64,000 bases of DNA, taken from positions 451 to 64,450 of the IMG/VR virus record IMGVR_UViG_3300021088_000010; one strand, written 5' to 3'. The position numbers were made by a program, and so were the translations under genes. Every line of letters begins with the position of its first letter. Position 1 is the stretch's first letter. The notes below the pieces were generated by a model that had not been told where the DNA came from, made no database searches, and saw nothing but the letters and a program-made list of their open reading frames with translations. The stretch is from a virus (lineage: Duplodnaviria > Caudoviricetes). Positions 1 through 9,808 of the stretch are shown here, one piece after another.

Positions 1-1383
1 AACGTGCCGGGCGTCAACGCTAGTTTGTTCAGTGGTACTACAGCACTCACTAACACAGCGGGCTCTCTGAATGTCAATGTAACGAACTCTTCAGGTAGCA
101 CTGTCACTGGTACTAAGGCAAATAACTCTGTCGTTCCGGGTTCTACAAATCTTGGCGTTCTACCCGGCATTGCTAATGCTGCAACTCAGACATGGACTGA
201 GGGCGATCAAGTCCTAGAGTCAATGGACCTGTCTGGTAGACAGCGTGTTCGTGGTACAATCGCACACAACACTCAAGCGCCCGACGCCACGGGCCAGATG
301 TGTCTAACTGAGTTGGCTAATGCGGTTGCTCCAACATATACTGAAGGAGATTTAGTTCTAGGTTCAGTTGATCTTAGCGGAAACCGTAGAATTATTGGAA
401 CCAAAACGAATAATAACGCCGCGCCGGGAACCCAAGTAGGTGTGCTGCCCGCTCTTGCGAACGCTGCAAACCCCTCATGGACGGAAGGATTTCAAGTTTT
501 AGAGTCCGTTGATTTGTCCGGTCGTCAGCGTATTATGGGGCAGGTTCCCGCTGACACTGCGTTTACTGGAAGTCCAGTAGTGGTTGCCGGTGTGGACGCG
601 GCAGGTAATGTTCAAGAGTTACCAGTAGTAGATGCAGGAACGGCAATACCAGCGCAAACACTGTTAATAGGAGGAGCGGATGTTTCGGGTGGTTTAGTTC
701 ATCCGCTTTCTGTTAATACTAACGGCGTTATAGCTACAGTAGATGCTCGTAACGCTGCGGATGCTATATCAAATACCCTTCAGGGTAGTCCTGTTGACAA
801 GAATGGTACTGATACATACTTACCTACTTGGTCATTTGTATTCAATGGCACAACCTGGGATCGCACACGCAGCGCTGGTATTGGAAATGCGGCTGCCGCC
901 ACCGGAATCGCGGCATCCGCTGCATACGGTGAATATCTTACAACTGCTCCAGCGCCCGCTAACGCGCAGTATTCCGCGCTTCAAACAGACTATGCGGGTA
1001 GTTTATTTACGAAGCCGATTCGCCGCAGTACAACAAAAGGGTCTTCAGCTACAATTACTAACTCTGCGGTTGCCGTTACGATTATGCCCGCACAAGCGGC
1101 GGGTATTTTTGCAGATATTTCTAATCTTGTTGCAACGGTTACATCAGCCGCTACGGTCTCATTGCCATTTACTCTGACTCTTTCAGACGGCACAGCTTCC
1201 TATGTTTATGACATGGTGACAGGTGCTTTAGCTACATCTCCGGCAGACGGAACGGTTTTGGCTTTAGCATTTAATCCGCCGTTGCCCGCAACGACAGCGG
1301 CAACAGCTTGGACTATTGCAACTAACGTAGCGACTGTCGTAGTTCACGCCGTCGCTGTCGCCGTATTACAGAAGGCATCATAA
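1..1383 (+). CDS. virion fibre/decoration protein, 5'-partial, with three ~50-aa internal repeats
   Basis: Frame is open from base 1; Thr/Ala/Gly/Ser-rich; repeats TWTEGDQVLESMDLSGRQR, TYTEGDLVLGSVDLSGNRR, SWTEGFQVLESVDLSGRQR; lies in the structural block. Confidence 0.6.
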   Translation, partial: NVPGVNASLFSGTTALTNTAGSLNVNVTNSSGSTVTGTKANNSVVPGSTNLGVLPGIANAATQTWTEGDQVLESMDLSGRQRVRGTIAHNTQAPDATGQMCLTELANAVAPTYTEGDLVLGSVDLSGNRRIIGTKTNNNAAPGTQVGVLPALANAANPSWTEGFQVLESVDLSGRQRIMGQVPADTAFTGSPVVVAGVDAAGNVQELPVVDAGTAIPAQTLLIGGADVSGGLVHPLSVNTNGVIATVDARNAADAISNTLQGSPVDKNGTDTYLPTWSFVFNGTTWDRTRSAGIGNAAAATGIAASAAYGEYLTTAPAPANAQYSALQTDYAGSLFTKPIRRSTTKGSSATITNSAVAVTIMPAQAAGIFADISNLVATVTSAATVSLPFTLTLSDGTASYVYDMVTGALATSPADGTVLALAFNPPLPATTAATAWTIATNVATVVVHAVAVAVLQKAS

Positions 1384-2276
1384 TGGCCAATACTGCATCA
1401 TTTCCATTAGTTGTGGCTATAGCAGGCGACAACGTATCTACGACATGCGTGGTTAGTTTAGGATATACTCCTACAACTGCGGTAGCTACAGCGGCTTATG
1501 ACGCTAACTTTAACAGCGTTTTAGCAAATATTTCTTCTACTATCCCTGGAACCTTACAGGTGACGATTAACTTTGTTGCCGCTTTTAGCGGGACGATTCA
1601 AGTAATCTTGGCCGTAACTAATTCAGTATTTAGCAACGCTCAGTTACAGCCTGTTACGCAGGCCACAGCCTCTTGGATAAGTAGCTCTCGTCCTGCTGCC
1701 TTTGGAGCACTAGGAGCCTACTCCTTTGCCAAGTCAAGTAACACAATGGCTGCAGGACTTGCGGCAGGTTCTCCAATTTGGTCTCTGCGATGGACGAGCG
1801 CTAATTTATGTTTGGTGCAGTCTGTTCGGTTCTCTATGATGTCGTTAGGAACAGCTTTTACTGCTGGACAGATGATATTTGATCTAATTACTGCACGTTC
1901 CTTTACAGTCTCGGATACTGGCGGCAATGCTTACACGCTAACTACGAATAATGGTAAGAAGCGCACCAGTATGGGGTCTACGCTTATCGCCTCTGGCGAT
2001 CTTCGTATAGCTACTACTGGAACACTCACAACAGGAACGCGTACTCTCGACGCAATCGCTCAAGGTGAGATAATGCAAGCGGCGTCAGCAGTCGCTAATA
2101 CTAGCTTTATACAGAACGTGGACTTCATTGACTTCGCTCAAGGGGCCGACAATCATCCTATTATTCTAGCTCAGAATGAGGGTTTGGTTATTCAAGCTAC
2201 TGTACCCGCAACGGGAACATGGTCATTTAGCGTGAGCGTTGATACCATAGAAACAGCCAGCTACACAGGGGTTTAA
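1383..2276 (+). CDS. putative virion structural protein
   Basis: Start overlaps previous stop (TAATG); Ala/Thr/Ser-rich, beta-type composition. Confidence 0.55.
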   Translation: MANTASFPLVVAIAGDNVSTTCVVSLGYTPTTAVATAAYDANFNSVLANISSTIPGTLQVTINFVAAFSGTIQVILAVTNSVFSNAQLQPVTQATASWISSSRPAAFGALGAYSFAKSSNTMAAGLAAGSPIWSLRWTSANLCLVQSVRFSMMSLGTAFTAGQMIFDLITARSFTVSDTGGNAYTLTTNNGKKRTSMGSTLIASGDLRIATTGTLTTGTRTLDAIAQGEIMQAASAVANTSFIQNVDFIDFAQGADNHPIILAQNEGLVIQATVPATGTWSFSVSVDTIETASYTGV

Positions 2277-2277
2277 G

Positions 2278-2679
2278 ATGGCATTAGTTATTTCAGAGAC
2301 AGGCCCGGTTCAAATTAGTTTTTCTAGCGGAGTTATTTCGTTCGCTGATCCAGCCAATACACAGGCCCCGATATACAAGGGTATACCAGTACTGACGGAG
2401 ACTATGAATGCCTGTACATTCGGTCAGGCGAGTCTTGGCACTTCGTTGACTCCCGTAACGCTACCTGCCAGTCCGACGCAGTTGCTTTATGCGAAAAATT
2501 TAAGCGCGTCAGGGACAATAACTTTTACGTGGACGCCTGTTGGCGGTTCTTCTGCTACAATTATGGTCATTCAACCTGGCGGGGAGTTACTTTTCTTTAA
2601 TCCCACTAATGGAATCACAGCCCTTTCGGTACAGGCTAGTATAGCTAATACTTCAGTTGATTATGTTTTGGCAGGTTAA
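2278..2679 (+). CDS. small structural protein, paralog of 11912..12295
   Basis: Shares LPxSPxQxLYxKN...TWTPxGGxS...QPG...GITALS with 11912..12295. Confidence 0.6.
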   Translation: MALVISETGPVQISFSSGVISFADPANTQAPIYKGIPVLTETMNACTFGQASLGTSLTPVTLPASPTQLLYAKNLSASGTITFTWTPVGGSSATIMVIQPGGELLFFNPTNGITALSVQASIANTSVDYVLAG

Positions 2680-2690
2680 TAGGAAACTTC

Positions 2691-4976
2691 GTGGCTGCTT
2701 ACTCAGATACGATGCAAGCTTCTGGACCTGCTACTGTTACTGGCTATGCCAGTGGTCCAAACTTGCCTCCACAGAATGGCACTTCAGCTACCAATAGTAC
2801 AATAGAGCAGAATAAGACTTCGGGCGCGGGCCTCATTACTGATCGTAACCGTCTGACAACATGGGTTCTTGATACGCTCCAGCGTATGAGAAACTTCCGT
2901 AGGCCTTACGATCAGCGGCGTGCATATTTCTACCGTCAGTATATCGGTCAAAGAGACCGCAGGATGTATCCTGATAACCTGACGCCGCGCTCCAACACAT
3001 TCGTTCCCATTCCTAAAAGCAATGTGGATCATATAGTTGCGCGGACGCATGATGCGTTCTTTAGCCTTGATCCCCCAATTGAAGTCCGTCCTAAAGGTGG
3101 AACTCCAGATCAGGCCTGGCAGATGGAAGCTGTTGAACTCACTTGCTTAAAGAAGGCACAGTGGATTCAAAAGCTTGAATTAGCTATTCGTGATTGCTGC
3201 ATCTATGGGCACATGGGCTTGAAGGTTGACTGGGACTGGGATTATGACGTTGTAAGCGGGCCTGAACCACAATGGGCTATGCAGCCTAAAGTTGATCCCA
3301 ATACTGGGCAGCCAGTTATGGACACGCAAGGTCAACCAGAAATGGTTCCTGTTTGGGATGCTAATGGCAATCCAATCCAGATTGGGACACAAATGGTTAC
3401 GAAGAATGTTCCTCGTAACTGTCCTAAGCTTATACCTATTGACATTTATGATCTACTTATTGATCCAGATGGGAAGCAAAAGGCTCATGTTCTGGAAATG
3501 AGCTGGGGTGAGATGAAGCGTTCGGTTGAGTCTAATCCGAATCTTTACTTCCCCGAGTCTATTGCTCAATTAACTACTAAGCTTAAGCAGTATAGAGACC
3601 TAGATGCAGACGGAATTATCATTCGTATGGCTGAGTTTTGGGATGATACTTCTAAGACTACCACAGTTGTGACCTTTGGAGAAGACGCAGATGCCATCGG
3701 ATGGAAGGATCGAAGGTATCAGTATCGCAATGCTTCTTACTCAGCCTATAAACGGCGGGTCTATAATGGACCCCCGGTTCTTCTCTATACAGGACCTAAT
3801 CCTTTTGCCCATAAACGAATCCCTATTCTTGACTTCGCGTATGTACCAATTAAAGGCGACGCTTACGGAATTGGTCTTATTGAAACAATAAGTGACCTTT
3901 GTGAAGGCATCAACGTCTTCACAAACATGATTACTGATAACTGGAACATGAGCATCAATAGGCGCTACGCCTATGATGTTCAAGTAGATATAGACCACGA
4001 CCAGTTAGACATGGGGAACGTCCCCGGTGGTAAGGTTGGCGTTGTGGGAGACCCGCAGAAAGCTATTTTCCCTCTGCCAAACTTCACTCCCAATCAGCAA
4101 GACTACATGATTTTGGATTTGTACCAAAAGTTCACGGAGGCAGGCTCAGGCATTGATGATTTCTATAGCAAAGGCATTGGCTCACCAGGGCCGAACCAAA
4201 CTGCATCAGGAATTGATTCCGCAATGCAAACTGGTGGGTACTCATTTAAGCTATTCATTCGTAGATTTGAGCTGGAAGTTCTTCAGCCTCTTTGTGAGAT
4301 GGTAGCAAGTATGATCCAACAGTTCGGCACAGACGAACTGGAATGGAGTATCACCAATGCGCCTCCAGGTATTCCTAAGTGGGGCCACGTTAAGCTTACT
4401 GATCTTTTTGGTGACTATGCATTCGATTTCGTGGGCGCTAACTACGCTACAGGTAAGCAGATAAAACAACGTAACTTAATGGCCTTTTATAATCTGGCTA
4501 TGCAATCCCCCTATGCTAACCAAGGTGAGTTCCTACGTGAAATCGCTCGGTGCATGGAAATCTCAACATACTCACGCTTGATGAAGACTGACCAGCAGGT
4601 ACAGCAAGAACAACAAGCAGCTACACAAGCTCGTCAGCAAGAAGAGTTGATTAAAGAGTTGTTGAAGATTGAGGGTAAGGTTCTCAACACTCAAGCAGGT
4701 AAGCCTGAGTTCCGGCCTACGATGTCTACTATGATCTCTGATCCAGCTCAACCTCATGCTGAGTCGGTTCAGCAACAGGTTGAAGCCTATCTCGGTCAAG
4801 CAGTAGAATCTGTTATGGGCTATGCTCCTCCTCCCACTGCTCCACCTATTCACCCTGTTGGACAACCCAAGAAGGGTCAGTTTGAGGGACCCATTCCGGG
4901 TGGACAGCAGAGGGACTCCATGCGAGCCACTGGGCAGGACATGGGCACGAACTCAATTGGTCAGGCGGGGATGTAA
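2691..4976 (+). CDS. portal protein (P22/podovirus-like)
   Basis: 761 aa, upstream of scaffold and capsid; IYGHMGLKVDW, YGIGLIE and NQTASGI segments typical of portals; Gln/Pro-rich C-terminal tail. Confidence 0.85.
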   Translation: MAAYSDTMQASGPATVTGYASGPNLPPQNGTSATNSTIEQNKTSGAGLITDRNRLTTWVLDTLQRMRNFRRPYDQRRAYFYRQYIGQRDRRMYPDNLTPRSNTFVPIPKSNVDHIVARTHDAFFSLDPPIEVRPKGGTPDQAWQMEAVELTCLKKAQWIQKLELAIRDCCIYGHMGLKVDWDWDYDVVSGPEPQWAMQPKVDPNTGQPVMDTQGQPEMVPVWDANGNPIQIGTQMVTKNVPRNCPKLIPIDIYDLLIDPDGKQKAHVLEMSWGEMKRSVESNPNLYFPESIAQLTTKLKQYRDLDADGIIIRMAEFWDDTSKTTTVVTFGEDADAIGWKDRRYQYRNASYSAYKRRVYNGPPVLLYTGPNPFAHKRIPILDFAYVPIKGDAYGIGLIETISDLCEGINVFTNMITDNWNMSINRRYAYDVQVDIDHDQLDMGNVPGGKVGVVGDPQKAIFPLPNFTPNQQDYMILDLYQKFTEAGSGIDDFYSKGIGSPGPNQTASGIDSAMQTGGYSFKLFIRRFELEVLQPLCEMVASMIQQFGTDELEWSITNAPPGIPKWGHVKLTDLFGDYAFDFVGANYATGKQIKQRNLMAFYNLAMQSPYANQGEFLREIARCMEISTYSRLMKTDQQVQQEQQAATQARQQEELIKELLKIEGKVLNTQAGKPEFRPTMSTMISDPAQPHAESVQQQVEAYLGQAVESVMGYAPPPTAPPIHPVGQPKKGQFEGPIPGGQQRDSMRATGQDMGTNSIGQAGM

Positions 4977-5215
4977 TGGATTCCGTTAACATCACTGCCC
5001 TAACAGGTGAGAACGGCACTGGATTTGAGAAGCGTGGGAACAAGGGACCTTTCCAATGCGCTAACTGTGAACACTATCCTAGCCCTTATGTATGTGACCA
5101 AAAAGACATGATGCGAGTTTCAAAGCAACCTAAGTGGCCAGATGGAACCGTTAAAGTAGACCCAGAGGATTGCTGCTCTTTTCTAGAACGTACAGGTAAA
5201 TTTTGGAGAAAATAA
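4976..5215 (+). CDS. small Cys-rich protein, HiPIP-like cysteine spacing
   Basis: CANCEHY...C...VDPEDCCSF; coupled to the portal stop. Confidence 0.5.
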   Translation: MDSVNITALTGENGTGFEKRGNKGPFQCANCEHYPSPYVCDQKDMMRVSKQPKWPDGTVKVDPEDCCSFLERTGKFWRK

Positions 5216-5216
5216 G

Positions 5217-5564
5217 ATGTCAGAGTGCAAACCAGCCGCTTCTAGTACGACTCCTACTTCAAGCTGCGAACGAATTCTAACGGAGTTTCAAGCTCAAGGG
5301 CGACCTGACAGTGTCTCTAACTTTATTCCCGAAGGTGGAATAATGGGCGGGTTTGATATCAAGACTCCCCGCGTGGGCACAGGGTTTATTGAGTGGGCTC
5401 TTACAGGGTATGACTCAGGTCATGATCTTGAAGGACGCGCTCCAGCAGCCGTTACTACGCCGAACTACGACAAGCGTGGGGATTGGCTGTATGACAAGAA
5501 TGTTGGTCACACTGTAGACGGGGATACCAACAACTATAAAACACCCCCTACAAATAAAAAGTAA
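5217..5564 (+). CDS. hypothetical protein
   Basis: Tightly packed ORF in the head operon. Confidence 0.55.
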   Translation: MSECKPAASSTTPTSSCERILTEFQAQGRPDSVSNFIPEGGIMGGFDIKTPRVGTGFIEWALTGYDSGHDLEGRAPAAVTTPNYDKRGDWLYDKNVGHTVDGDTNNYKTPPTNKK

Positions 5565-5575
5565 AGGATACTTCT

Positions 5576-5779
5576 ATGGAACTCGGCAAAACATTGAACT
5601 TGGACGGCCACGCGGCCTATCAGCCAGAACATACCTATGCTCACCCGATTGCTAATTCATTCGCTTCGGCGATTGGGTTTGACGCGGAAGGCAAGGTTGT
5701 GTCCCCTGACGGTGGACCTATGGGCGCTTCTGTTCACAGTCCGTCTGGCGCACCGGATTTTCGTTCGGGCGCTCGATAG
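5576..5779 (+). CDS. hypothetical protein
   Basis: AAGGA RBS, in operon. Confidence 0.55.
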   Translation: MELGKTLNLDGHAAYQPEHTYAHPIANSFASAIGFDAEGKVVSPDGGPMGASVHSPSGAPDFRSGAR

Positions 5780-5796
5780 CTAACTTTGGAGGGGAT

Positions 5797-6222
5797 ATGT
5801 TTGGATGGTTAGATAGAACTGCACCAGAAGTGAAGATTGTTGAAAAAGTAGTCTATAAGGTAGTAGAAGTTAAATCTCCTCGCAGCAGCCAAGCGTGGAG
5901 CAAAGAAATCAAGGATGCGATCAGTACTCTCTCTTCACATCCAGGTTTCGTTGCATTGACAGACCGCCTCAACCTACAACGACAGATGCTTGAGAGTAAG
6001 CTATCCCGTGAGTTTCACAAAGACTTGCGAGAGATAGATTATCTTCAAGCGGGAGTGTTCTGGTTGGGGTATATACAGGACTTAGTTGCGAAGGCTACTA
6101 ACTTGATTCCCTCTGCTCCTGTGGATGCAATGCAAGAAGAGATGGAAGCTTTTAAACTTCTAGACTCTCAAATTGAGAGGATAGGAATAGAGGACCCACA
6201 AGGTCCTCAGCAACAAAATTAA
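5797..6222 (+). CDS. hypothetical helical protein preceding the scaffold gene
   Basis: GGAGG RBS; position between portal and scaffold. Confidence 0.6.
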   Translation: MFGWLDRTAPEVKIVEKVVYKVVEVKSPRSSQAWSKEIKDAISTLSSHPGFVALTDRLNLQRQMLESKLSREFHKDLREIDYLQAGVFWLGYIQDLVAKATNLIPSAPVDAMQEEMEAFKLLDSQIERIGIEDPQGPQQQN

Positions 6223-6248
6223 ACTGAAAGGCCCACAAGGTCACCAGT

Positions 6249-7190
6249 ATGCCCGAAGCTACATTAGACCAGATAGCCCCCGGTGGTGTAATCCAACTCG
6301 GAAATGCCCCAGCCGGACTCGACGATGCGACGTTTGATTCACTCTTCCCTGCGGAACCGTCGCAAACACAGTCTACACAACAGACTACAGCAAAGCAGGA
6401 CACACAGCAGACTCAGCAAGTCCAGCAAACTCAGTCTACGACTCAAACGCAGACTCAGCAAGATCAGTTCTTCCTCAAGGGAGACCGATCAGTTTACAAG
6501 ACTGCCGAGGATGCACAACGCGGCATCAATGAGAAGGATGCCGTAATCGAGCAATTGCGACAGCGATATGCCCTTACAACTGGGATTGATCCTCTCACAG
6601 GCAAGCCCGTAGGAATCAACGGCCAACCACAAGCGGAAGTTGATTACTCGACTCAGCCAGACAGGTACCTAGACGATTTGTATAACGCAGCCAAGAAGGG
6701 CGGCCCGGAAGCCTATCGAGATGTCCAGCAGAAGTTTATTCTGGACACGGTAAAGCCTCTTCAGCCTATTCTTCAGAAAGCTGCCAAGGATCAAGCTATT
6801 GAGACCTTGACAACGGAACTTCCCGCTGCCAAGGGCTTCGTCGGCTCTCCGAGTTATACAAAAGCACTAGAACTCAATCCTGAGATTAAGCAGGCTATTA
6901 CTGTAGGCGAAACGGATTCTCGTTTCCACTCTCGGCTGCCAGGACTCTTTAAGCTGGCCTATTATGCAGCCCAAGGTATGCAACTGCCCGAGTTATTGAA
7001 GGCGCAAGCCACTCAAACTCAAACTACCTCACAAACACAACAGGTCCACGGAACTCCTGTGAGAACCACAGTCAGTTCCACCACCCCATCACCTGCCGCT
7101 CAAACGAGTCGCCCTTCTTTCAAGACTATTGAGGGCATTCGGGCGATCATTGCAGACGCGGAATCTAGGGGAGTTAAGCTAGACCTGTAA
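6249..7190 (+). CDS. capsid scaffolding protein
   Basis: Directly upstream of the major capsid gene; Gln/Thr-rich low-complexity segments and helical core. Confidence 0.7.
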   Translation: MPEATLDQIAPGGVIQLGNAPAGLDDATFDSLFPAEPSQTQSTQQTTAKQDTQQTQQVQQTQSTTQTQTQQDQFFLKGDRSVYKTAEDAQRGINEKDAVIEQLRQRYALTTGIDPLTGKPVGINGQPQAEVDYSTQPDRYLDDLYNAAKKGGPEAYRDVQQKFILDTVKPLQPILQKAAKDQAIETLTTELPAAKGFVGSPSYTKALELNPEIKQAITVGETDSRFHSRLPGLFKLAYYAAQGMQLPELLKAQATQTQTTSQTQQVHGTPVRTTVSSTTPSPAAQTSRPSFKTIEGIRAIIADAESRGVKLDL

Positions 7191-7218
7191 GATGTTGTGA
7201 GGGACAAAGGATAATTTA

Positions 7219-8241
7219 ATGTTCGTTAGTAAACTTCGCTCCCTCGTCGGGATTCTGTTCGGCTTCGGTGATGACGTTGTAACTGTTATTACCGGGTCCG
7301 TGGGAACTCCCGGCCCGGCTGGATCGCTCGCAAGCGACCAGCAAACCTACTTTTCCGCTAAGCTCCTCGAAGTCGCGGTCCTCATGACCGTCCTCGATCA
7401 GTTCGGCGACAAAGACCCGATTCCCTCGAACTCGTCTAAGACGATTCAGTTCAACCGCTTGGAGAAGCTGACGACCTCACTTACTCCAACTCAGTTGGTT
7501 GAAGGTATCATGCCTGATGCTGTGGGGCTCTCTATGAGCCAGTTCACAGCTGTGGCAGAACAGTACGGCCTTGTGCTCCGGTTGTCTGATCTCGCTGAGC
7601 TGACTTCCAAGCACGATGTTGTGGGTCGTGCGCTGTATGTCCTTGGTCTGCACGCGGCTGAGACCTATGACATTTTGATTTACAACGTCCTTGCAAATGC
7701 GTCTAACGTGTACCGCCCTAATGGTAAGGTGTCTAACGCCACCACAACTGCCTCCGATAAGATTGGATATGTTGACCTGACGGCTCTTCACGCTAACCTC
7801 ATGGATCAGGGCGGACGGCCTTTTGATGACGGGGACTATGTCCTTGTGATCGCTCCTCAGGTTCATGCTTCTATGTTGCAGGACCCTGACTTCAAGGCGT
7901 CTAACCAGTTCGGCAAGCCCGAGCGTATTTGGCGCGGCGAAGTCCAAGAGTTGTCTGGCTTCCGCATCGTCAAGACGAACGCTCCTGGCTTCGCCTTCAC
8001 CTCACAGACCACCCTTGGTTCGGCTAATAAGCTGTTCACTAGCTATGCCATCGCTCGCAATGCGTATCAGATTTCTGACCTCCAGAACCTCCGCGTGTAC
8101 GCGGCTGCTCCTGGCGGACAGACTGATACCTTACAGCAAACCCGGAAGCTTGGTTATAAGTTTGCTTTTAAGACGATTATAACCAATCAGAACTGGATTT
8201 GGGCTGTCATTTCCGCTGGGCAGAATAGCATTAATAACTAG
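7219..8241 (+). CDS. major capsid protein (N4-gp56-like, HK97 fold)
   Basis: IPSNSSKTIQFNR, LVEGIMP, EQYG, GEVQELSGFRIV, DTLQQTRKLGYK segments; codon usage looks strongly biased. Confidence 0.9.
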   Translation: MFVSKLRSLVGILFGFGDDVVTVITGSVGTPGPAGSLASDQQTYFSAKLLEVAVLMTVLDQFGDKDPIPSNSSKTIQFNRLEKLTTSLTPTQLVEGIMPDAVGLSMSQFTAVAEQYGLVLRLSDLAELTSKHDVVGRALYVLGLHAAETYDILIYNVLANASNVYRPNGKVSNATTTASDKIGYVDLTALHANLMDQGGRPFDDGDYVLVIAPQVHASMLQDPDFKASNQFGKPERIWRGEVQELSGFRIVKTNAPGFAFTSQTTLGSANKLFTSYAIARNAYQISDLQNLRVYAAAPGGQTDTLQQTRKLGYKFAFKTIITNQNWIWAVISAGQNSINN

Positions 8242-8299
8242 TAAGTTCCCTCTAGGGCTACTTATCGTTTTCGGCCCAAGAGTGTAAACGAAAGAGCAT

Positions 8300-8326
8300 A
8301 GGGGTGGTCTTGAACCGACTGCCCCT
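8300..8326 (+). terminator. hairpin after the major capsid gene (terminator or processing site)
   Basis: AGGGGTGGTC-TTGAACC-GACTGCCCCT stem; no poly-T tail. Confidence 0.35.
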
Positions 8327-8360
8327 GGCTCAATCCCCACAAGGGAAAAGGAGTAACACC

Positions 8361-8777
8361 ATGCCGTCCGACACAATTGGATCGGTTCTTCAAAACAAGA
8401 GTCACGTTGCAAAGTCAATTCTTTCAAGTAAGGTTAGTCAAAGAAGCAGGGTGGAAAAAGATGCACCTCAGTCTGCTGCCGAAGTCCTGAAGGCGAATGA
8501 GAACAAGGACCTTTGGGAATGGGTTGAAATTCCTGATACAGATTTGTTTGGAGAGGATCACACGGGCGTCTCTGTGAACTTTGAGCAGTTTCTTCCGGGT
8601 AAGCACTTTGTAAGTCCTGAGATGGCCACTGAAGTTCGTAGGCTTCTAGCTAATAGAATGCGTGGAGATATTAGAGTTCTCCAGCCACGACAGGACCAAG
8701 TAATGGCTCGTATCATGGCTAAGAGTCAGCTCGGGGCTCCAGTCAATCCAGAGTTACGAGGCTTGAACGACAACTAA
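8361..8777 (+). CDS. hypothetical protein downstream of capsid
   Basis: AAGGAG RBS before the ATG at 8361 (the longer start in the ORF track is unlikely). Confidence 0.65.
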   Translation: MPSDTIGSVLQNKSHVAKSILSSKVSQRSRVEKDAPQSAAEVLKANENKDLWEWVEIPDTDLFGEDHTGVSVNFEQFLPGKHFVSPEMATEVRRLLANRMRGDIRVLQPRQDQVMARIMAKSQLGAPVNPELRGLNDN

Positions 8778-8858
8778 GATGGTATACGTTCTGTGGATAC
8801 TTATAGCTATAGCGGGGATTTATATGCTTGATCCCCGCAAGTATCATGATGATGAATA

Positions 8859-9377
8859 ATGGCTGATTTCTCACAAGCCGTTGCTAAGACTGAACTTTGG
8901 GAGGGTGGATACTCAAACAATCCCAACGACAGCGGTGGGGAAACCTATCGGGGTATCTCTCGAAAGAACTGGCCTTCATGGTCAGGTTGGCAAGTAATAG
9001 ACCAGCACAAAACTGAGTCGGACTTTCCTGCCAACCTCGATCAAGATTCAGTTCTACAGGGCCTAATAGTAGACTTCTACCACAAGAACTTTTGGAACTA
9101 CGACGGTCTCAACGATCAAGATGTAGCAAACAAGGTTTTTGATCTGGGGGTGAATGTTGGCAAGACTCACGCTGTTAAAATACTTCAGACCACAGTAGGA
9201 GCTGTAGTGGACGGGATATACGGGGAAGCCACCGAAAACCTCAGCAATCACCACCCTAAGGGGTCCTTATCAACACTTATTCGAGCTGCTGCTGAGGATT
9301 ACTACAAAAAATTAGTTATACTGCACCCCGAGGACTCGATCTTTCTTAAGGGATGGCTTGCAAGAGCGGAGGCATAG
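8859..9377 (+). CDS. endolysin, glycoside hydrolase family 108 with peptidoglycan-binding C-terminus
   Basis: EGGYSNNPNDSGGETYRGI catalytic motif; FDLGVNVG, VDGIYG, FLKGWLAR. Confidence 0.92.
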   Translation: MADFSQAVAKTELWEGGYSNNPNDSGGETYRGISRKNWPSWSGWQVIDQHKTESDFPANLDQDSVLQGLIVDFYHKNFWNYDGLNDQDVANKVFDLGVNVGKTHAVKILQTTVGAVVDGIYGEATENLSNHHPKGSLSTLIRAAAEDYYKKLVILHPEDSIFLKGWLARAEA

Positions 9378-9378
9378 T

Positions 9379-9804
9379 ATGAAACTTTGTCAATGTGGCT
9401 GCGGAACTCCCACAGTAATTGCAACGAAAACATGTACTAGAGATGGTTACATAAAAGGTGAAGGTAGACCTTTTCTAGTGGGGCACCAATTTAAAGGTAA
9501 ACCAAGTCACTGGCGAACCCACAATATGACGCGAATAAATGGGAAGCACACTCCTGAATTTGCGGCTTACATCATGGCAAAGGATCGTTGTAGTAATCTT
9601 AATTCTCAGGCGTGGAAGAACTATGGGGGACGTGGGATTGAGTTTAGGTTTAAGAGTTTTACGGAATTCTATTTAGAGCTTGGCCCCAGACCCAATGGAC
9701 TAACTCTCGACAGAATAAATAACGACGGGCATTATGAGATAGGTAACGTACGCTGGGCTACCAGAAGTCAGCAACAGTCTAATCAACGCCGTCAAAGAGG
9801 GTAA
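9379..9804 (+). CDS. HNH homing endonuclease
   Basis: CQCGCG N-terminus; YGGRGI; LTLDRINNDGHYEIGNVRWAT. Confidence 0.9.
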   Translation: MKLCQCGCGTPTVIATKTCTRDGYIKGEGRPFLVGHQFKGKPSHWRTHNMTRINGKHTPEFAAYIMAKDRCSNLNSQAWKNYGGRGIEFRFKSFTEFYLELGPRPNGLTLDRINNDGHYEIGNVRWATRSQQQSNQRRQRG

Positions 9805-9808
9805 ATAT

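Noticed and set aside
6360-6470. Tandem DNA repeat in the scaffold gene
   Set aside because: Explained by Gln/Thr low-complexity protein sequence.
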